Translations under genes and position numbers: made by a program | Part shown: positions 1 through 9,540 of the stretch, piece after piece | Layout: each line of letters begins with the position of its first letter | Numbering within the stretch: the stretch's first letter is position 1 | Assembly: GCA_046732775.1 (NCBI GenBank) | Contig: JBKPNP010000132.1 | Span: 738-64,737 of the forward strand | DNA length: 64,000 nt | Origin: Acidobacteriota bacterium | Lineage (GTDB): Bacteria > Acidobacteriota > Blastocatellia > Pyrinomonadales > Pyrinomonadaceae | Direction of reading: 5' to 3' | The notes under the pieces: model-generated | What the model saw: the letters and a program-made list of their open reading frames with translations, nothing else | The model's database searches: none | Told to the model about the DNA's origin: nothing

Positions 1-338
1 ATGGATTCGTTCATGAGATTCCCGCGGGCCGCCTTGACCAGGGAGAGACCCCACAGGAATGCGCAGCCCGCGAGCTCCGCGAGGAGACGGGATATTCAGC
101 AGGCGAGCTAATTCCACTCACGACTTTCTACACGACGCCAGGATTTACCGACGAGCGGATTCACCTCTTTGCGGCAGTGGGCCTGACCGAGGGCCAGTCC
201 GAGCTGGAATCAGACGAGATTCTGGATCTCGTTCGAGTGCCAATCTCCAGGGCGATGGAGATGATTCAGTCGGGAGAGCTGGTGGACGGGAAGAGTATGG
301 TAGGCCTTTTCTTCGCTTCCCGGTTCATGCGGGCGTAA
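1..338 (+). CDS. NUDIX hydrolase (ADP-ribose pyrophosphatase-like), 5'-truncated by window edge
   Basis: Frame 3 is open from the window start to TAA at 336-338. The translation carries a complete Nudix box G-x5-E-x7-REUxEExGU (GRLDQGETPQECAARELREETGY). It is not listed in the ORF track because it has no in-window start. Confidence 0.8.
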   Translation, partial: GFVHEIPAGRLDQGETPQECAARELREETGYSAGELIPLTTFYTTPGFTDERIHLFAAVGLTEGQSELESDEILDLVRVPISRAMEMIQSGELVDGKSMVGLFFASRFMRA

Positions 339-372
339 ACCCCCGGAAACCAAAAAGCATCCAACAATCGTA

Positions 373-480
373 GAACTTCTATCGTATATGAAGTGTGTCC
401 CCACAGGGGGACACCAGATGGTTCACAACTGGACATCTGTGACAGCTAGAAACGTCTAAGTCATTATACGATAAAGGTTT
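373..480 (+). other. Candidate structured RNA or terminator element with nested stems
   Basis: Stems read directly from the sequence. P1 is 373-388/465-480 with a 9-bp core TATCGTATA/TATACGATA. P2 is 395-402/407-414 (GTGTCCCC/GGGGACAC). P3 is 415-420/434-439 (CAGATG/CATCTG). The T-G and G-T pairs in P1 are tolerated only in a plus-strand RNA. It may simply be the terminator region of the NUDIX gene. Confidence 0.3.
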
Positions 481-565
481 ACGGATTGTTCCACAGTGGG
501 CATGACGCCTGCATTGTGTAGGGTGCAAAGGAATTCAAAAAAGGAGGCAGAACATCGGTCTTTCT

Positions 566-1243
566 TTGTCGGATTCTCATTCTTTGGGGGTAGCAGCAAT
601 GGCAATACTCGCTCGTAGGCAGGCAGTCCAGGCTCAGCCGCAGGGAGCGACCGTTCGGGAGCAGCTTCGCGCCATGGATGATTCAGGCGTGGTATCGGCG
701 TTCCTGGGTGGAGAAGAAAGAGCTTTCGCGGAGCTTGTCGACAGGTATCAGACTCGTCTCCTGAACTTCATATATAGAACGATTGGAGACAGGGAGAAGG
801 CGGAGGATCTGGTGCAGGAAGTGTTCGTCCGGGTTTACCGTCACCTTCACAGGTTCGACCGGTCGAAGAAATTCTCGACGTGGGCGTACACAATCGCGTC
901 AAATCTGGCGAAGAACGAGCTGAGAAACCGCTCGCGTAACCCGCTCGTGCTTTTCCAGACAGTGCAGAAAAACTGGCAGGATGATGACCGTCCGCTCCAG
1001 TTCGAGGACAGCACTTCGCGACCGGATGACATGTACCGGAAGCGGTTCCTCCGGGAGATTGTCGAGGAGTCGGTGGCAAAGCTGCCGGAGCACCATAGAA
1101 ACGTCTTCATTCTCCGGGAGCTCGAGGGGAAGTCATACGAAGAGATTGCAGAGATTACCGACTGCAATCTCGGCACGGTGAAGTCGAGATTGAACAGGGC
1201 ACGCAACTCGTTCGCGGAAATCGTTGCGCCCTACATGGAATAG
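566..1243 (+). CDS. ECF-type RNA polymerase sigma-70 family factor
   Basis: Region 2 (EDLVQEVFVRVYRHL) and region 4 HTH (SYEEIAEITDCNLGTVKSRLNRAR) motifs are present. An anti-sigma gene follows. The start is ambiguous: TTG 566, ATG 599 or ATG 674, with in-frame ATC 554 behind a strong SD. Confidence 0.85.
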   Translation: MSDSHSLGVAAMAILARRQAVQAQPQGATVREQLRAMDDSGVVSAFLGGEERAFAELVDRYQTRLLNFIYRTIGDREKAEDLVQEVFVRVYRHLHRFDRSKKFSTWAYTIASNLAKNELRNRSRNPLVLFQTVQKNWQDDDRPLQFEDSTSRPDDMYRKRFLREIVEESVAKLPEHHRNVFILRELEGKSYEEIAEITDCNLGTVKSRLNRARNSFAEIVAPYME

Positions 1244-1318
1244 GTGACAGCTTAGGGGGTTCGGGAACCAGTGCCCGCCTGTCGGGTACTGGTACTTCGA
1301 ACCCTCAAAACATTGGAA

Positions 1319-1840
1319 ATGGACTGTCGGGAATTCCGCGACCAGCATTTGTTGTATGTCGATGACACCCTCCCGGGTGTCGAGCTTGTGCGCATGCAAA
1401 TGCATCTCACTGAGTGTCCTGAGTGCGCCAGACACGACGCGACAATCCGACGATCATTGATGCTTTTCCGCAGTCTCCCCCGCATCGAGCCATCGTCGGA
1501 TTTTTCACGGAAGCTCGAGAGAAAGCTTCGTGAAGCAAAGATGACGGATGCTGCGGCAATCAGCAGCGGTCGCTCGCGCCGCCTTGGCGCAGCAGTCACT
1601 GTCAGCAGCCTGCTGATGCTCACCTACATCGGTCTTTCCCTTCGGCAAGTCGATACCCCTCAGGACATAGTGCTTCCCCCCGTTGTCGCCCTGGCGAGAA
1701 GCATGGATGTGCAGCCTTCTGGTCCTGCACCAGAGATGATCGCTGCTGTTCCGGCGGGACTTCCCCTGTGGACCGCTGCACTCTTTGCTGAGCAGACGCC
1801 GGTTCACTTTGCTTCGATCGAGCTGACGTCAGCGCGGTAA
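1319..1840 (+). CDS. Anti-sigma factor, zf-HC2 type, single-pass membrane
   Basis: N-terminus MDCREFRDQHLLYVDD...HLTECPECARH shows the H-x3-C-x2-C zinc motif. A hydrophobic helix (AAVTVSSLLMLTYIGLSL) follows. It lies directly downstream of the ECF sigma gene. ATG 1319 is preferred over the track start at 1271. Confidence 0.75.
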   Translation: MDCREFRDQHLLYVDDTLPGVELVRMQMHLTECPECARHDATIRRSLMLFRSLPRIEPSSDFSRKLERKLREAKMTDAAAISSGRSRRLGAAVTVSSLLMLTYIGLSLRQVDTPQDIVLPPVVALARSMDVQPSGPAPEMIAAVPAGLPLWTAALFAEQTPVHFASIELTSAR

Positions 1841-1880
1841 CGAGTCCGTCGATCTCAGGCGGACCTTTATATTTGGCAGC

Positions 1881-2942
1881 GTGTCCGCCACCCAGGCCCT
1901 CAAGACTCTTCGTGACGCTATCAAAAGGGGAACCTTCGATGGCGCATACTACGTTTGTGGCGAAGATGACTTCCAGAAAGACGATGCAGTCAAGCAGCTG
2001 GTAGAAGCTGCGATCGAGCCAGCGATGCGCGACTTCAACATGGAAGTTGTACGTGCTCAGGATCTCGATCCACGCTCGCTCGATGCGGCCTTGTCTGCGC
2101 TTCCAATGCTGGCGGATCGCAGAATTCTCGTGATCAAGGATGCAAGCGCGCTGAAGAAAGACGCGAGAAAAATTCTCGATCGATATCTGGGAAAGCCTTC
2201 GCCTGATGTCCTTGTCATTCTTGTCGAGAGCTCCGGAGGAAAAACCGACAAGGATCTTGTGCGAAGTGCCACACCGCTCGAGTTCGAGTTTCTTACGGCA
2301 GAACGAATCCCAAAATGGATCGTTCACTACGCGTCGACGCATTTCGGTGCAAGGATCTCGGCTGAAGCAGCGGATCTTCTTCAGACGGCAGCAGGCACTG
2401 ATCTCAATCAGCTTGTGTCCGAGCTCGACAAGCTTGCGAGCTTTACTAACGGACGTGAAATCGAAGAGAAGGACGTTACCGCAGTCGTTGGCGTCAGGCG
2501 CGGTGAAACAATGGCTGATTTTCTCGACGAAGTAGCCAGGCGCAACGTGACAAAAGCACTCGAGCTGGTTCCACTCATACTGAGTCAGCCGAAAACATCT
2601 GCTGTCCAGATGGTCATGGCTCTTACAGCTCAGACCATTGCAATGGCGTGGGGTAAAGCGAGATTGCGTGAAGGATTATCGCAGAGCCGATTGCAGGGAG
2701 AATACTTCGGGTTGCTGAAGCAATCCGGATCTGTATTCACGGGAAGGCCGTGGGGATCTGCCGCATCTGCATGGGCTTCGTCCGTAGATCGGTGGAACAC
2801 AGCGGCGCTGGATCGCGCTCAGGATGCGCTTCTGGAAGCGGACAAGGCTCTCAAGGAAACGCGACTCTCGTCTGAGGAGCAGATAGTGTCTACGCTGGTA
2901 CTCTCGATGTGCGTAGACGAAGAAAGAAGTGTTGCAGCATAA
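1881..2942 (+). CDS. holA: DNA polymerase III subunit delta
   Basis: 353-aa ORF with the typical HolA N-terminus (YYVCGEDDFQKDDAVKQL) and clamp-loader-like helical C-terminal region. Size and position next to mutS fit. GTG start. Confidence 0.75.
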   Translation: MSATQALKTLRDAIKRGTFDGAYYVCGEDDFQKDDAVKQLVEAAIEPAMRDFNMEVVRAQDLDPRSLDAALSALPMLADRRILVIKDASALKKDARKILDRYLGKPSPDVLVILVESSGGKTDKDLVRSATPLEFEFLTAERIPKWIVHYASTHFGARISAEAADLLQTAAGTDLNQLVSELDKLASFTNGREIEEKDVTAVVGVRRGETMADFLDEVARRNVTKALELVPLILSQPKTSAVQMVMALTAQTIAMAWGKARLREGLSQSRLQGEYFGLLKQSGSVFTGRPWGSAASAWASSVDRWNTAALDRAQDALLEADKALKETRLSSEEQIVSTLVLSMCVDEERSVAA

Positions 2943-2957
2943 CAAGCGGGGTAGAGC

Positions 2958-3986
2958 ATGAAGTGCAAAGCAGTTGTGGTGGCAGTCATTCTGGCAATCG
3001 CATCAGCAGTCACAGCGGACGCTCAGGGAACGGTGCCGGCAAATCCGACGTATCGTCGAGCGCAGATGCTGGTCAACGACGGTAATGCGCAAGCCGGCAG
3101 AGCTCTTGTCGATTCAATGATCGCGATCGCTCAGCCGGGGTCGAACGATTATGCCGAGGGCGTTTACTGGCGCGCTGTTCTGGCGGCGACTGCGGCGGAT
3201 GCAGAAATGGATTACCGTCGAATCGTTGTCGATTTTCCGAGCTCGCCGCGAGTCGAAGATGCATTGATAAGACTCGCTCAGCTGGAAATTGCACGCGGCA
3301 ACTACGACGGAGCGCTACGTCATCTTACGCGAATTGCGAGCGAGCATCCGGACAGCCCGGCTCGTGCACGCGCAGGTTACTGGATGGCGAGAGCGATGTT
3401 CGACAAGAACGACATCCAGAATGGATGTATCACAATCGCTGATGCGCTCACGCGGACACCTGAAACTGATACGGAGCTTCGAAATCAGATCAATTACCTG
3501 AATCAGCGTTGCGCCGGCGTTTCACTGACGCCGCAAGCTCCTGCGCCTGCTCCAGTATCACCCGCTCCGGCTACAACTTTACCGGCGCCGCAAACTGCAC
3601 CACCGCCGGCGCCAGTACCGACATCAGCACCAGCACCAGACACGACAGCAAAAGTTGCTGCTCCTCCTCCGGCCCCTGCGGTAGATAGTCCAGTCGTGAC
3701 TCCAAAGGCTGTGGTTACAACGCCCAAGCTCCCCAAAACTGTACCGGCGACAACCGGTGAGAAGGTATGGTCAGTTCAGGTTGCAGCTTACAACGTGAAG
3801 TCGCAGGCTGACGCGATGGTGACCAAGCTCAAGAAGAGCGGATACGAAGCGCGAGTCGATGGAACGAGTGCACCATTCCGTGTGCGCATCGGAAAGTATG
3901 ACACGCAGTCGCAGGCAAACGCGGTGCAGCGATCGCTGAAAGCAAAACAGATAACAGGGTTTGTGGTACAGGCCGAAATTCAGTGA
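2958..3986 (+). CDS. SPOR domain protein with TPR/YbgF-like N-terminal region and Pro/Ala-rich linker
   Basis: A signal peptide (MKCKAVVVAVILAIASAVTADA) is present, followed by TPR-like helices and a PAPAP-rich linker. The C-terminal SPOR-like segment is WSVQVAAYNVKSQADAMVTKLKKSGYEARVD...FRVRIGKY. Confidence 0.75.
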   Translation: MKCKAVVVAVILAIASAVTADAQGTVPANPTYRRAQMLVNDGNAQAGRALVDSMIAIAQPGSNDYAEGVYWRAVLAATAADAEMDYRRIVVDFPSSPRVEDALIRLAQLEIARGNYDGALRHLTRIASEHPDSPARARAGYWMARAMFDKNDIQNGCITIADALTRTPETDTELRNQINYLNQRCAGVSLTPQAPAPAPVSPAPATTLPAPQTAPPPAPVPTSAPAPDTTAKVAAPPPAPAVDSPVVTPKAVVTTPKLPKTVPATTGEKVWSVQVAAYNVKSQADAMVTKLKKSGYEARVDGTSAPFRVRIGKYDTQSQANAVQRSLKAKQITGFVVQAEIQ

Positions 3987-6604
3987 GTCGTCCGACATCA
4001 ACTCCGTTGATGCAGCAGTACCGGGAGATCAAGGACCGCCATCAAAACGCGATCCTGTTTTTCCGTATGGGCGATTTCTATGAGATGTTTTACGAAGACG
4101 CCGAGACGGCCTCCCGCGCGCTTGGCCTGACGCTCACTTCGCGAAACAATGGTGGAGCATCAGAGGTTCCACTCGCAGGAGTTCCTGTCAAAGCAGCGAG
4201 TGAATATCTGCGCCGCCTGGTGCAGCAGGGATATCGTGTAGCGATCTGCGAGCAGACAGAAGATCCCAGGCAGGCAAAGGGAATTGTTCGTCGCGAAGTA
4301 ATCGAAACAATCACTCCCGGCGCTGCATTCGCAGACGATCTGCTCGACAGTGCAAGAAACAATTTCCTGTGCGCTGTCTTCTCTGACGGCGAACGGACCG
4401 GTATCGCTGCCGCGGATCTTTCGACAGGTGAATTCCGGTTGATCGTAACACTGCTGCAAGATGTCGATGCTGCAATGTCGCGACTTGCGCCGCGCGAGAT
4501 CCTCGTTGCCAGAAATACAAACGCAGCTGTTACGAGAACCCCCGGAGACGAAAACGCGCTTGTCACTGAGCGCGACCAGTGGGAATTCGATCCTGCGCTC
4601 GCATCGACTGAAATCGCCCGGCATTTCGGAGTCGCATCGATAGAAGGCCTTGGCATTGGAGAAGCAGACACACCAGCTATTGCTGCCGCTGGCGCATTGA
4701 TGCGCTACATGAGAGAGCTGCAGCCAGGCGGTGTGCCGCATCTTTCTCGACCTGTGGTCGAGCGGCCCGGTGGAACGATGCCGCTGGATGAAATGACGAG
4801 GCGGAATCTCGAGCTGGTAGAATCTCTTCGCGGCGGGGAAACAGGAGGAACGCTTCTGTCGGTTCTCGACAGAACCCTGACTCCGATGGGATCGCGTCTT
4901 CTTCGGCAGTGGATACTCACGCCTTTGACAGACAAAGCTGCGATCGATGCGAGACTGAATGCGGTTCATCTCTTCGCGAAAGACCCGATAGGGCGAGAGG
5001 CCGTACGCTCAGCACTGGATGGCGTGCGTGACATCGAACGACTTGGCAGCAAGGCAGCTGCAGGAAGAGGAACACCAAGAGACCTTCGCGCACTAGGCGA
5101 TTCAGCGGGGCGTCTGCCACAGCTGTACGAAGCGCTCGATAAGATAACAGCTGGCTCGAATGAAAATCCTCTCGCAGCGCTGATGTCACGCTGGGACGGA
5201 TGCGCCGACATCGCCTCGGAAATCATCGATACGATCGTTGACCGGCCGCCAATCACAATGGGCGACGAGATCTGTATCAGGACTGGCGTCGATTCGTCGC
5301 TCGATGAATGGCGTTCGCTTCGTGATGGAGGCAAGGATGCGATCGCGAAGATTCAGATGGACGAGCGAGCGCGAACAGGCATCAATTCACTGAAAGTGGG
5401 ATACAACAGGGTGTTCGGGTATTTCATCGAAGTAACGAACACCAATTCGCATCTCGTTCCTGCCGATTATCAGCGCCGACAGACACTGACTGGTGCAGAG
5501 CGTTACGTAACACCCGCGCTCAAGGAGCACGAAGAGAAAGTTCTCACGGCTGCTGAACGAATAGAACAGCGTGAGCGAGAGCTCTTCGAAGATCTGCGAC
5601 GACGAATTGGAGCGCACATAAGGAGACTTCAGTGCGCTGCACAGATCACTGGTGAGCTGGATGTGCTGTCATCACTGGCAGAGGTAGCAGAACGCGAAGG
5701 TTACGTTCGTCCGTCGATCACGGAAGGGTTCGATCTCAGCATCGCGGCCGGAAGACATCCAGTGGTCGAGAGAATGATGCCTCGCGAGAAATTCATACCG
5801 AACGACATGAATCTTCCGCAGAGCGCGAGGATGATCATTCTCACCGGGCCGAATATGTCCGGCAAGTCGACGGTTCTGCGTCAGACCGGCCTGATCGTCC
5901 TGATGGCGCAGATCGGAAGCTTCGTTCCTGCGGCCCGAGCGGAAATCGGAGTTGTCGACCGACTGTTCACGAGGGTAGGCGCCAGCGACAACCTTGTCCG
6001 CGGTCAGTCCACATTCATGGTGGAGATGTCGGAGACGAGTGCGATTCTCCACACCGCTACCGAAAAGAGCCTGGTGCTGCTCGACGAAATCGGTCGCGGT
6101 ACTTCGACCTATGATGGTGTCTCGATCGCGTGGTCAGTCAGTGAATACCTGCACGACAGAGTTAAGTGCAAGACAGTCTTCGCGACACACTACCACGAGC
6201 TTACTCAACTGCCTGATGAATTAGTATCAGCTTGCAACTATAGCGTCGAAGTGAAAGAGTCAGGCGATGAGGTTCTCTTTCTCCACAGGCTCGTTCCCGG
6301 TGGAGCGAACCGGTCATATGGAATCGAAGTCGGGCGACTTGCAGGATTACCGCCGGCAGTACTGGACAGGGCGAGAAAATTGCTTGCGCTCTTCGAGGGT
6401 GAGCAGATCGTAACCGCACTCGACGGTCCGCAGGGGAAGCGTGGACAATCGAGTAAGCCGGGACCAGTCGATCAGCTGACGCTGTTTGGTGCGGTCAATC
6501 ATCCGGTTGTCGAAGAGCTCAAGAAAATCGATACTGAGAAAGTGACTCCACTCGAAGCATTGACGCTTCTCGATCGGCTCGTGAGCCGAGCAAGGCAGGG
6601 GTAG
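3983..6604 (+). CDS. mutS: DNA mismatch repair protein MutS
   Basis: 873 aa. The N-terminus reads TPLMQQYREIKDRHQNAILFFRMGDFYEMF. Walker A GPNMSGKST and STFMVEM/DEIGRGTSTYDG motifs are present. The GTG start overlaps the upstream stop (GTGA). Confidence 0.97.
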   Translation: MSRPTSTPLMQQYREIKDRHQNAILFFRMGDFYEMFYEDAETASRALGLTLTSRNNGGASEVPLAGVPVKAASEYLRRLVQQGYRVAICEQTEDPRQAKGIVRREVIETITPGAAFADDLLDSARNNFLCAVFSDGERTGIAAADLSTGEFRLIVTLLQDVDAAMSRLAPREILVARNTNAAVTRTPGDENALVTERDQWEFDPALASTEIARHFGVASIEGLGIGEADTPAIAAAGALMRYMRELQPGGVPHLSRPVVERPGGTMPLDEMTRRNLELVESLRGGETGGTLLSVLDRTLTPMGSRLLRQWILTPLTDKAAIDARLNAVHLFAKDPIGREAVRSALDGVRDIERLGSKAAAGRGTPRDLRALGDSAGRLPQLYEALDKITAGSNENPLAALMSRWDGCADIASEIIDTIVDRPPITMGDEICIRTGVDSSLDEWRSLRDGGKDAIAKIQMDERARTGINSLKVGYNRVFGYFIEVTNTNSHLVPADYQRRQTLTGAERYVTPALKEHEEKVLTAAERIEQRERELFEDLRRRIGAHIRRLQCAAQITGELDVLSSLAEVAEREGYVRPSITEGFDLSIAAGRHPVVERMMPREKFIPNDMNLPQSARMIILTGPNMSGKSTVLRQTGLIVLMAQIGSFVPAARAEIGVVDRLFTRVGASDNLVRGQSTFMVEMSETSAILHTATEKSLVLLDEIGRGTSTYDGVSIAWSVSEYLHDRVKCKTVFATHYHELTQLPDELVSACNYSVEVKESGDEVLFLHRLVPGGANRSYGIEVGRLAGLPPAVLDRARKLLALFEGEQIVTALDGPQGKRGQSSKPGPVDQLTLFGAVNHPVVEELKKIDTEKVTPLEALTLLDRLVSRARQG

Positions 6605-6610
6605 ATTATC

Positions 6611-7078
6611 GTGATGTCTATGAAAGGCGGATTGGTTTCAACAGCGATGCTCATACTGGCACTCGCTGCATGTCAGAAAACTGGACAGGATGGTGATTCT
6701 TTCTCGGGAGTGGGACCAAGGCCTGATGTGCTTCCAGTAATGCTGAATAAGGATCTGCCTTTCAAATACCCTCCTTCGCTCTACGCAAAGAAAGTTCAGG
6801 CCAACGTGACGCTTCGCGTCTACATCGACAAGGAAGGCTCGATCGTTCCTGAATCGACACATGTCGCTGAAAGCTCCGGATTTCCTCCGCTGGATTCAGC
6901 CGCTGTAAGAGGATCCGGAGACCTGCGATTCATTCCAGCCAAAACGCGCGGGCAGGCAGTTCCTGTTTCCATTCTCTTCCCGGTCTACTTCAGACATCCG
7001 GAAGCACCACCACTTCCTGGAGATACGGTTCTGAAGAAAGCCGACACAGGAGCGCAGTCCTCCACGCCGAGCCGCTGA
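6611..7078 (+). CDS. TonB C-terminal domain lipoprotein-like protein
   Basis: Signal/lipobox-like LILALAAC is present. The C-terminal TonB-type fold signature is KYPPSLYAKKVQANVTLRVYIDKEGSIV...SGFPPLDSAAV. Confidence 0.7.
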   Translation: MMSMKGGLVSTAMLILALAACQKTGQDGDSFSGVGPRPDVLPVMLNKDLPFKYPPSLYAKKVQANVTLRVYIDKEGSIVPESTHVAESSGFPPLDSAAVRGSGDLRFIPAKTRGQAVPVSILFPVYFRHPEAPPLPGDTVLKKADTGAQSSTPSR

Positions 7079-8472
7079 TGCCCGCGACGCGGAATCAGCA
7101 TCCGTACGAGAATGTTCTGGAGACAATCGGATGGACTCCACTCATCCGGTTGAATTCGGTGACACGCGGAATTCGAACGCCTGTCTACGCGAAAGCCGAG
7201 TACTTCAATCCGGGTGGATCAGTGAAGGACCGGATTGCGATGCCGATAATCGACAAGGCTGTCCGCGAGGGAAAGCTCAAGCCGGGTGGTACGATCGTCG
7301 AAGGCACGAGCGGAAATACGGGAACTGCTCTCGCGATTGCAGCGGCAATTCGCGGCTACAAATGCATCTTCACGATGCCGGACAAGATGTCGCAGGAAAA
7401 AGTGCGATTACTCAAGGCATTCGGTGCTGAAGTAATCGTCACTCCAACAGCAGTGCCGCCCGACCATCCCGACAGCTACGTGATGATGGCAAAGAGAATT
7501 GCGAAAGAAACTCCAAATGCAATTCTCGCAGATCAGTTCTACAACGATGCTAATCCACAGGCGCATTATGACCTGACTGGGCCGGAGCTCTGGGATCAAA
7601 CAGAAGGGCGCATCACGCACTTCGTTGCGGCTGCAGGAACCGGCGGCACCATCACCGGAGTCGGCCGTTATCTCAAGGAAAAGAATCCAGAGATCCGCAT
7701 CATCGCCGGCGATCCAGTCGGGTCCATTCTGGCGAGCTACTGGGAGACTGACGGAAAAGAGATCGGGCAGGGCGTTCCGTACAAGATCGAAGGAATCGGT
7801 CAGGACAAAATTCCCGGCACGCTCGACATGAGTGTGATCGACGACTTCGAGACAGTGAGCGACAAAGACTCCTTTGCAATGGCGCGGCGGCTCACGCGTG
7901 AGGAAGGATTGTTTGTCGGAGGCTCATCAGGCTTGATTGCGCACGTTGCGCTGAGAGTTGCGCGTGAGATCAATGATCCTGATGCATTTGTCGTAACCAT
8001 TCTTTGCGATACGGGTGAGCGTTATTTGTCGAAGGTCTACAACGACGAATGGATGCGCGAAAACCAGATGCTCGACACCGGCAAGGTCACGCTGATGCAG
8101 GTGCTCGGTCTCAAGCACACCGAAACGCCGTCGGTTGTCAGCACTACGCCAGGTGCACCAGTTCGGCAGGCCCTCGGACTTATGAGTCTTCACGACATCT
8201 CTCAGCTTCCGGTAATGGAGGGCGATAACTGCGTTGGATCGGTCATCGATTCGTCATTGTCGCAGAAAAGTCTCGAGAATCCCAAGCTTCTCGATGCGAC
8301 AGTGAGTGAAGTGATGGATTCGCCGTTCCCGATGATCGCGGCTGATCAGCCGATCGAAAGTGTCGTCAAGCTTCTTTCGAAATCGAGCCCGGCAGTACTT
8401 GTGCGCCGTGACGGAAACATCGAAGGAATAGTCACTCGTTCAGACATGCTGCATTACATGATGAGCCGGTAG
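7078..8472 (+). CDS. Cystathionine beta-synthase (PLP cysteine-synthase fold plus tandem CBS domains)
   Basis: PLP lysine motif GGSVKDRIA, GNTG loop and GGSSG are present. The C-terminal ~130 aa has CBS-pair character. The ATG overlaps the upstream stop (TGATG). Confidence 0.85.
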   Translation: MPATRNQHPYENVLETIGWTPLIRLNSVTRGIRTPVYAKAEYFNPGGSVKDRIAMPIIDKAVREGKLKPGGTIVEGTSGNTGTALAIAAAIRGYKCIFTMPDKMSQEKVRLLKAFGAEVIVTPTAVPPDHPDSYVMMAKRIAKETPNAILADQFYNDANPQAHYDLTGPELWDQTEGRITHFVAAAGTGGTITGVGRYLKEKNPEIRIIAGDPVGSILASYWETDGKEIGQGVPYKIEGIGQDKIPGTLDMSVIDDFETVSDKDSFAMARRLTREEGLFVGGSSGLIAHVALRVAREINDPDAFVVTILCDTGERYLSKVYNDEWMRENQMLDTGKVTLMQVLGLKHTETPSVVSTTPGAPVRQALGLMSLHDISQLPVMEGDNCVGSVIDSSLSQKSLENPKLLDATVSEVMDSPFPMIAADQPIESVVKLLSKSSPAVLVRRDGNIEGIVTRSDMLHYMMSR

Positions 8473-8482
8473 GGAAGACGCT

Positions 8483-9508
8483 TTGAAGATCACGGTATTG
8501 ATGGGCGGAGAGTCGGCTGAGCGGAATGTGTCGCTCGCCTCGGGAATCCGTATCGTGCTGGCCTTGAGATCACGCGGACATGAAGTGACTGCGTTCGATC
8601 CGTCGAGGGGAGCGATAAGCATGGAAGAGCAGCAGCGTCTCGCTACGAGCGCTGTTGGAACCGAGCCGCCATCGCTCGAAGCGCTCGCTCAGACCACAGG
8701 CGGAGCTTTTCTTCCAGGACTTCAGGCACTGCCCGAAGTTGCGAATGCCGACGTTGTGTTCCTGGCTCTTCACGGCGGAATGGGCGAAGACGGCACACTG
8801 CAGGCCCTGCTCGATATGGCTCATGTGCGCTATACCGGCAGTGGACATCTTTCGAGTGCACTGGCGATGGATAAGGATCTCTCGAAAAAACTGTTTCGTG
8901 CTGCGGGGGTTCAGACTGCTGACTGGATGATGGCACCTGCGTCGCTCGAGGAAGTGCAAAACCGATTGGGCTTTCCAGTCGTAGTGAAACCATCGAAGCA
9001 GGGCTCGACTGTCGGACTGACTGTGGTGAAGAAACCCGATCAGCTCGAGGCCGCGATCGACGAAGCGTGGCGCTATGATGACGAAGTGATGATCGAGAAA
9101 TTCATTCCGGGTCGCGAGCTGACGGTAGGGATTCTCGAGGACGAGGCACTCCCTGTTGGAGAGATCAAGCCGCTGCACGAGATCTACGACTACGAGTGCA
9201 AGTACACCGCCGGGATGGCGTCGGAAGAATTTCCCGCAAAAATCTCGGCGAGCGAAACTGCAACGGCGCAGCAGCAGGCAGTCGCTGCATTCAAGGCACT
9301 GAAGCTCAGGGGTTATGCGCGTATTGATTTTCGGCTACAAGAGTCCGATGATGGGAAAGGTGACGGACAGTTTTATTGTCTCGAAGCCAATACCCTTCCG
9401 GGAATGACGGAGCTGAGTCTCATCCCACAGGGAGCAGCCGCAGCAGGAATTTCTTTTCCGGAACTCTGTGAGCGTATTGCGAAATCCGGGGTAACAGACA
9501 AGAGTTAG
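8483..9508 (+). CDS. ddl: D-alanine--D-alanine ligase
   Basis: N-terminus (M)KITVLMGGESAERNVSLASG, then HGGMGEDGTLQALLDMAHVRYTGSG, an ATP-grasp core and C-terminal LEANTLPGMT. TTG start. Confidence 0.92.
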   Translation: MKITVLMGGESAERNVSLASGIRIVLALRSRGHEVTAFDPSRGAISMEEQQRLATSAVGTEPPSLEALAQTTGGAFLPGLQALPEVANADVVFLALHGGMGEDGTLQALLDMAHVRYTGSGHLSSALAMDKDLSKKLFRAAGVQTADWMMAPASLEEVQNRLGFPVVVKPSKQGSTVGLTVVKKPDQLEAAIDEAWRYDDEVMIEKFIPGRELTVGILEDEALPVGEIKPLHEIYDYECKYTAGMASEEFPAKISASETATAQQQAVAAFKALKLRGYARIDFRLQESDDGKGDGQFYCLEANTLPGMTELSLIPQGAAAAGISFPELCERIAKSGVTDKS

Positions 9509-9513
9509 CAGAA
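9496..9513 (+). repeat. Copy 1 of the AGAGTTAGCAGAG-type repeat (17-mer AGACAAGAGTTAGCAGA), containing the ddl stop codon
   Basis: Exact 17-nt identity between 9496-9512 and 10455-10471. TAG at 9506-9508 is the ddl stop. Confidence 0.85.
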
Positions 9514-9540
9514 GACACTGGAAGCACGCAGGATTCGATA

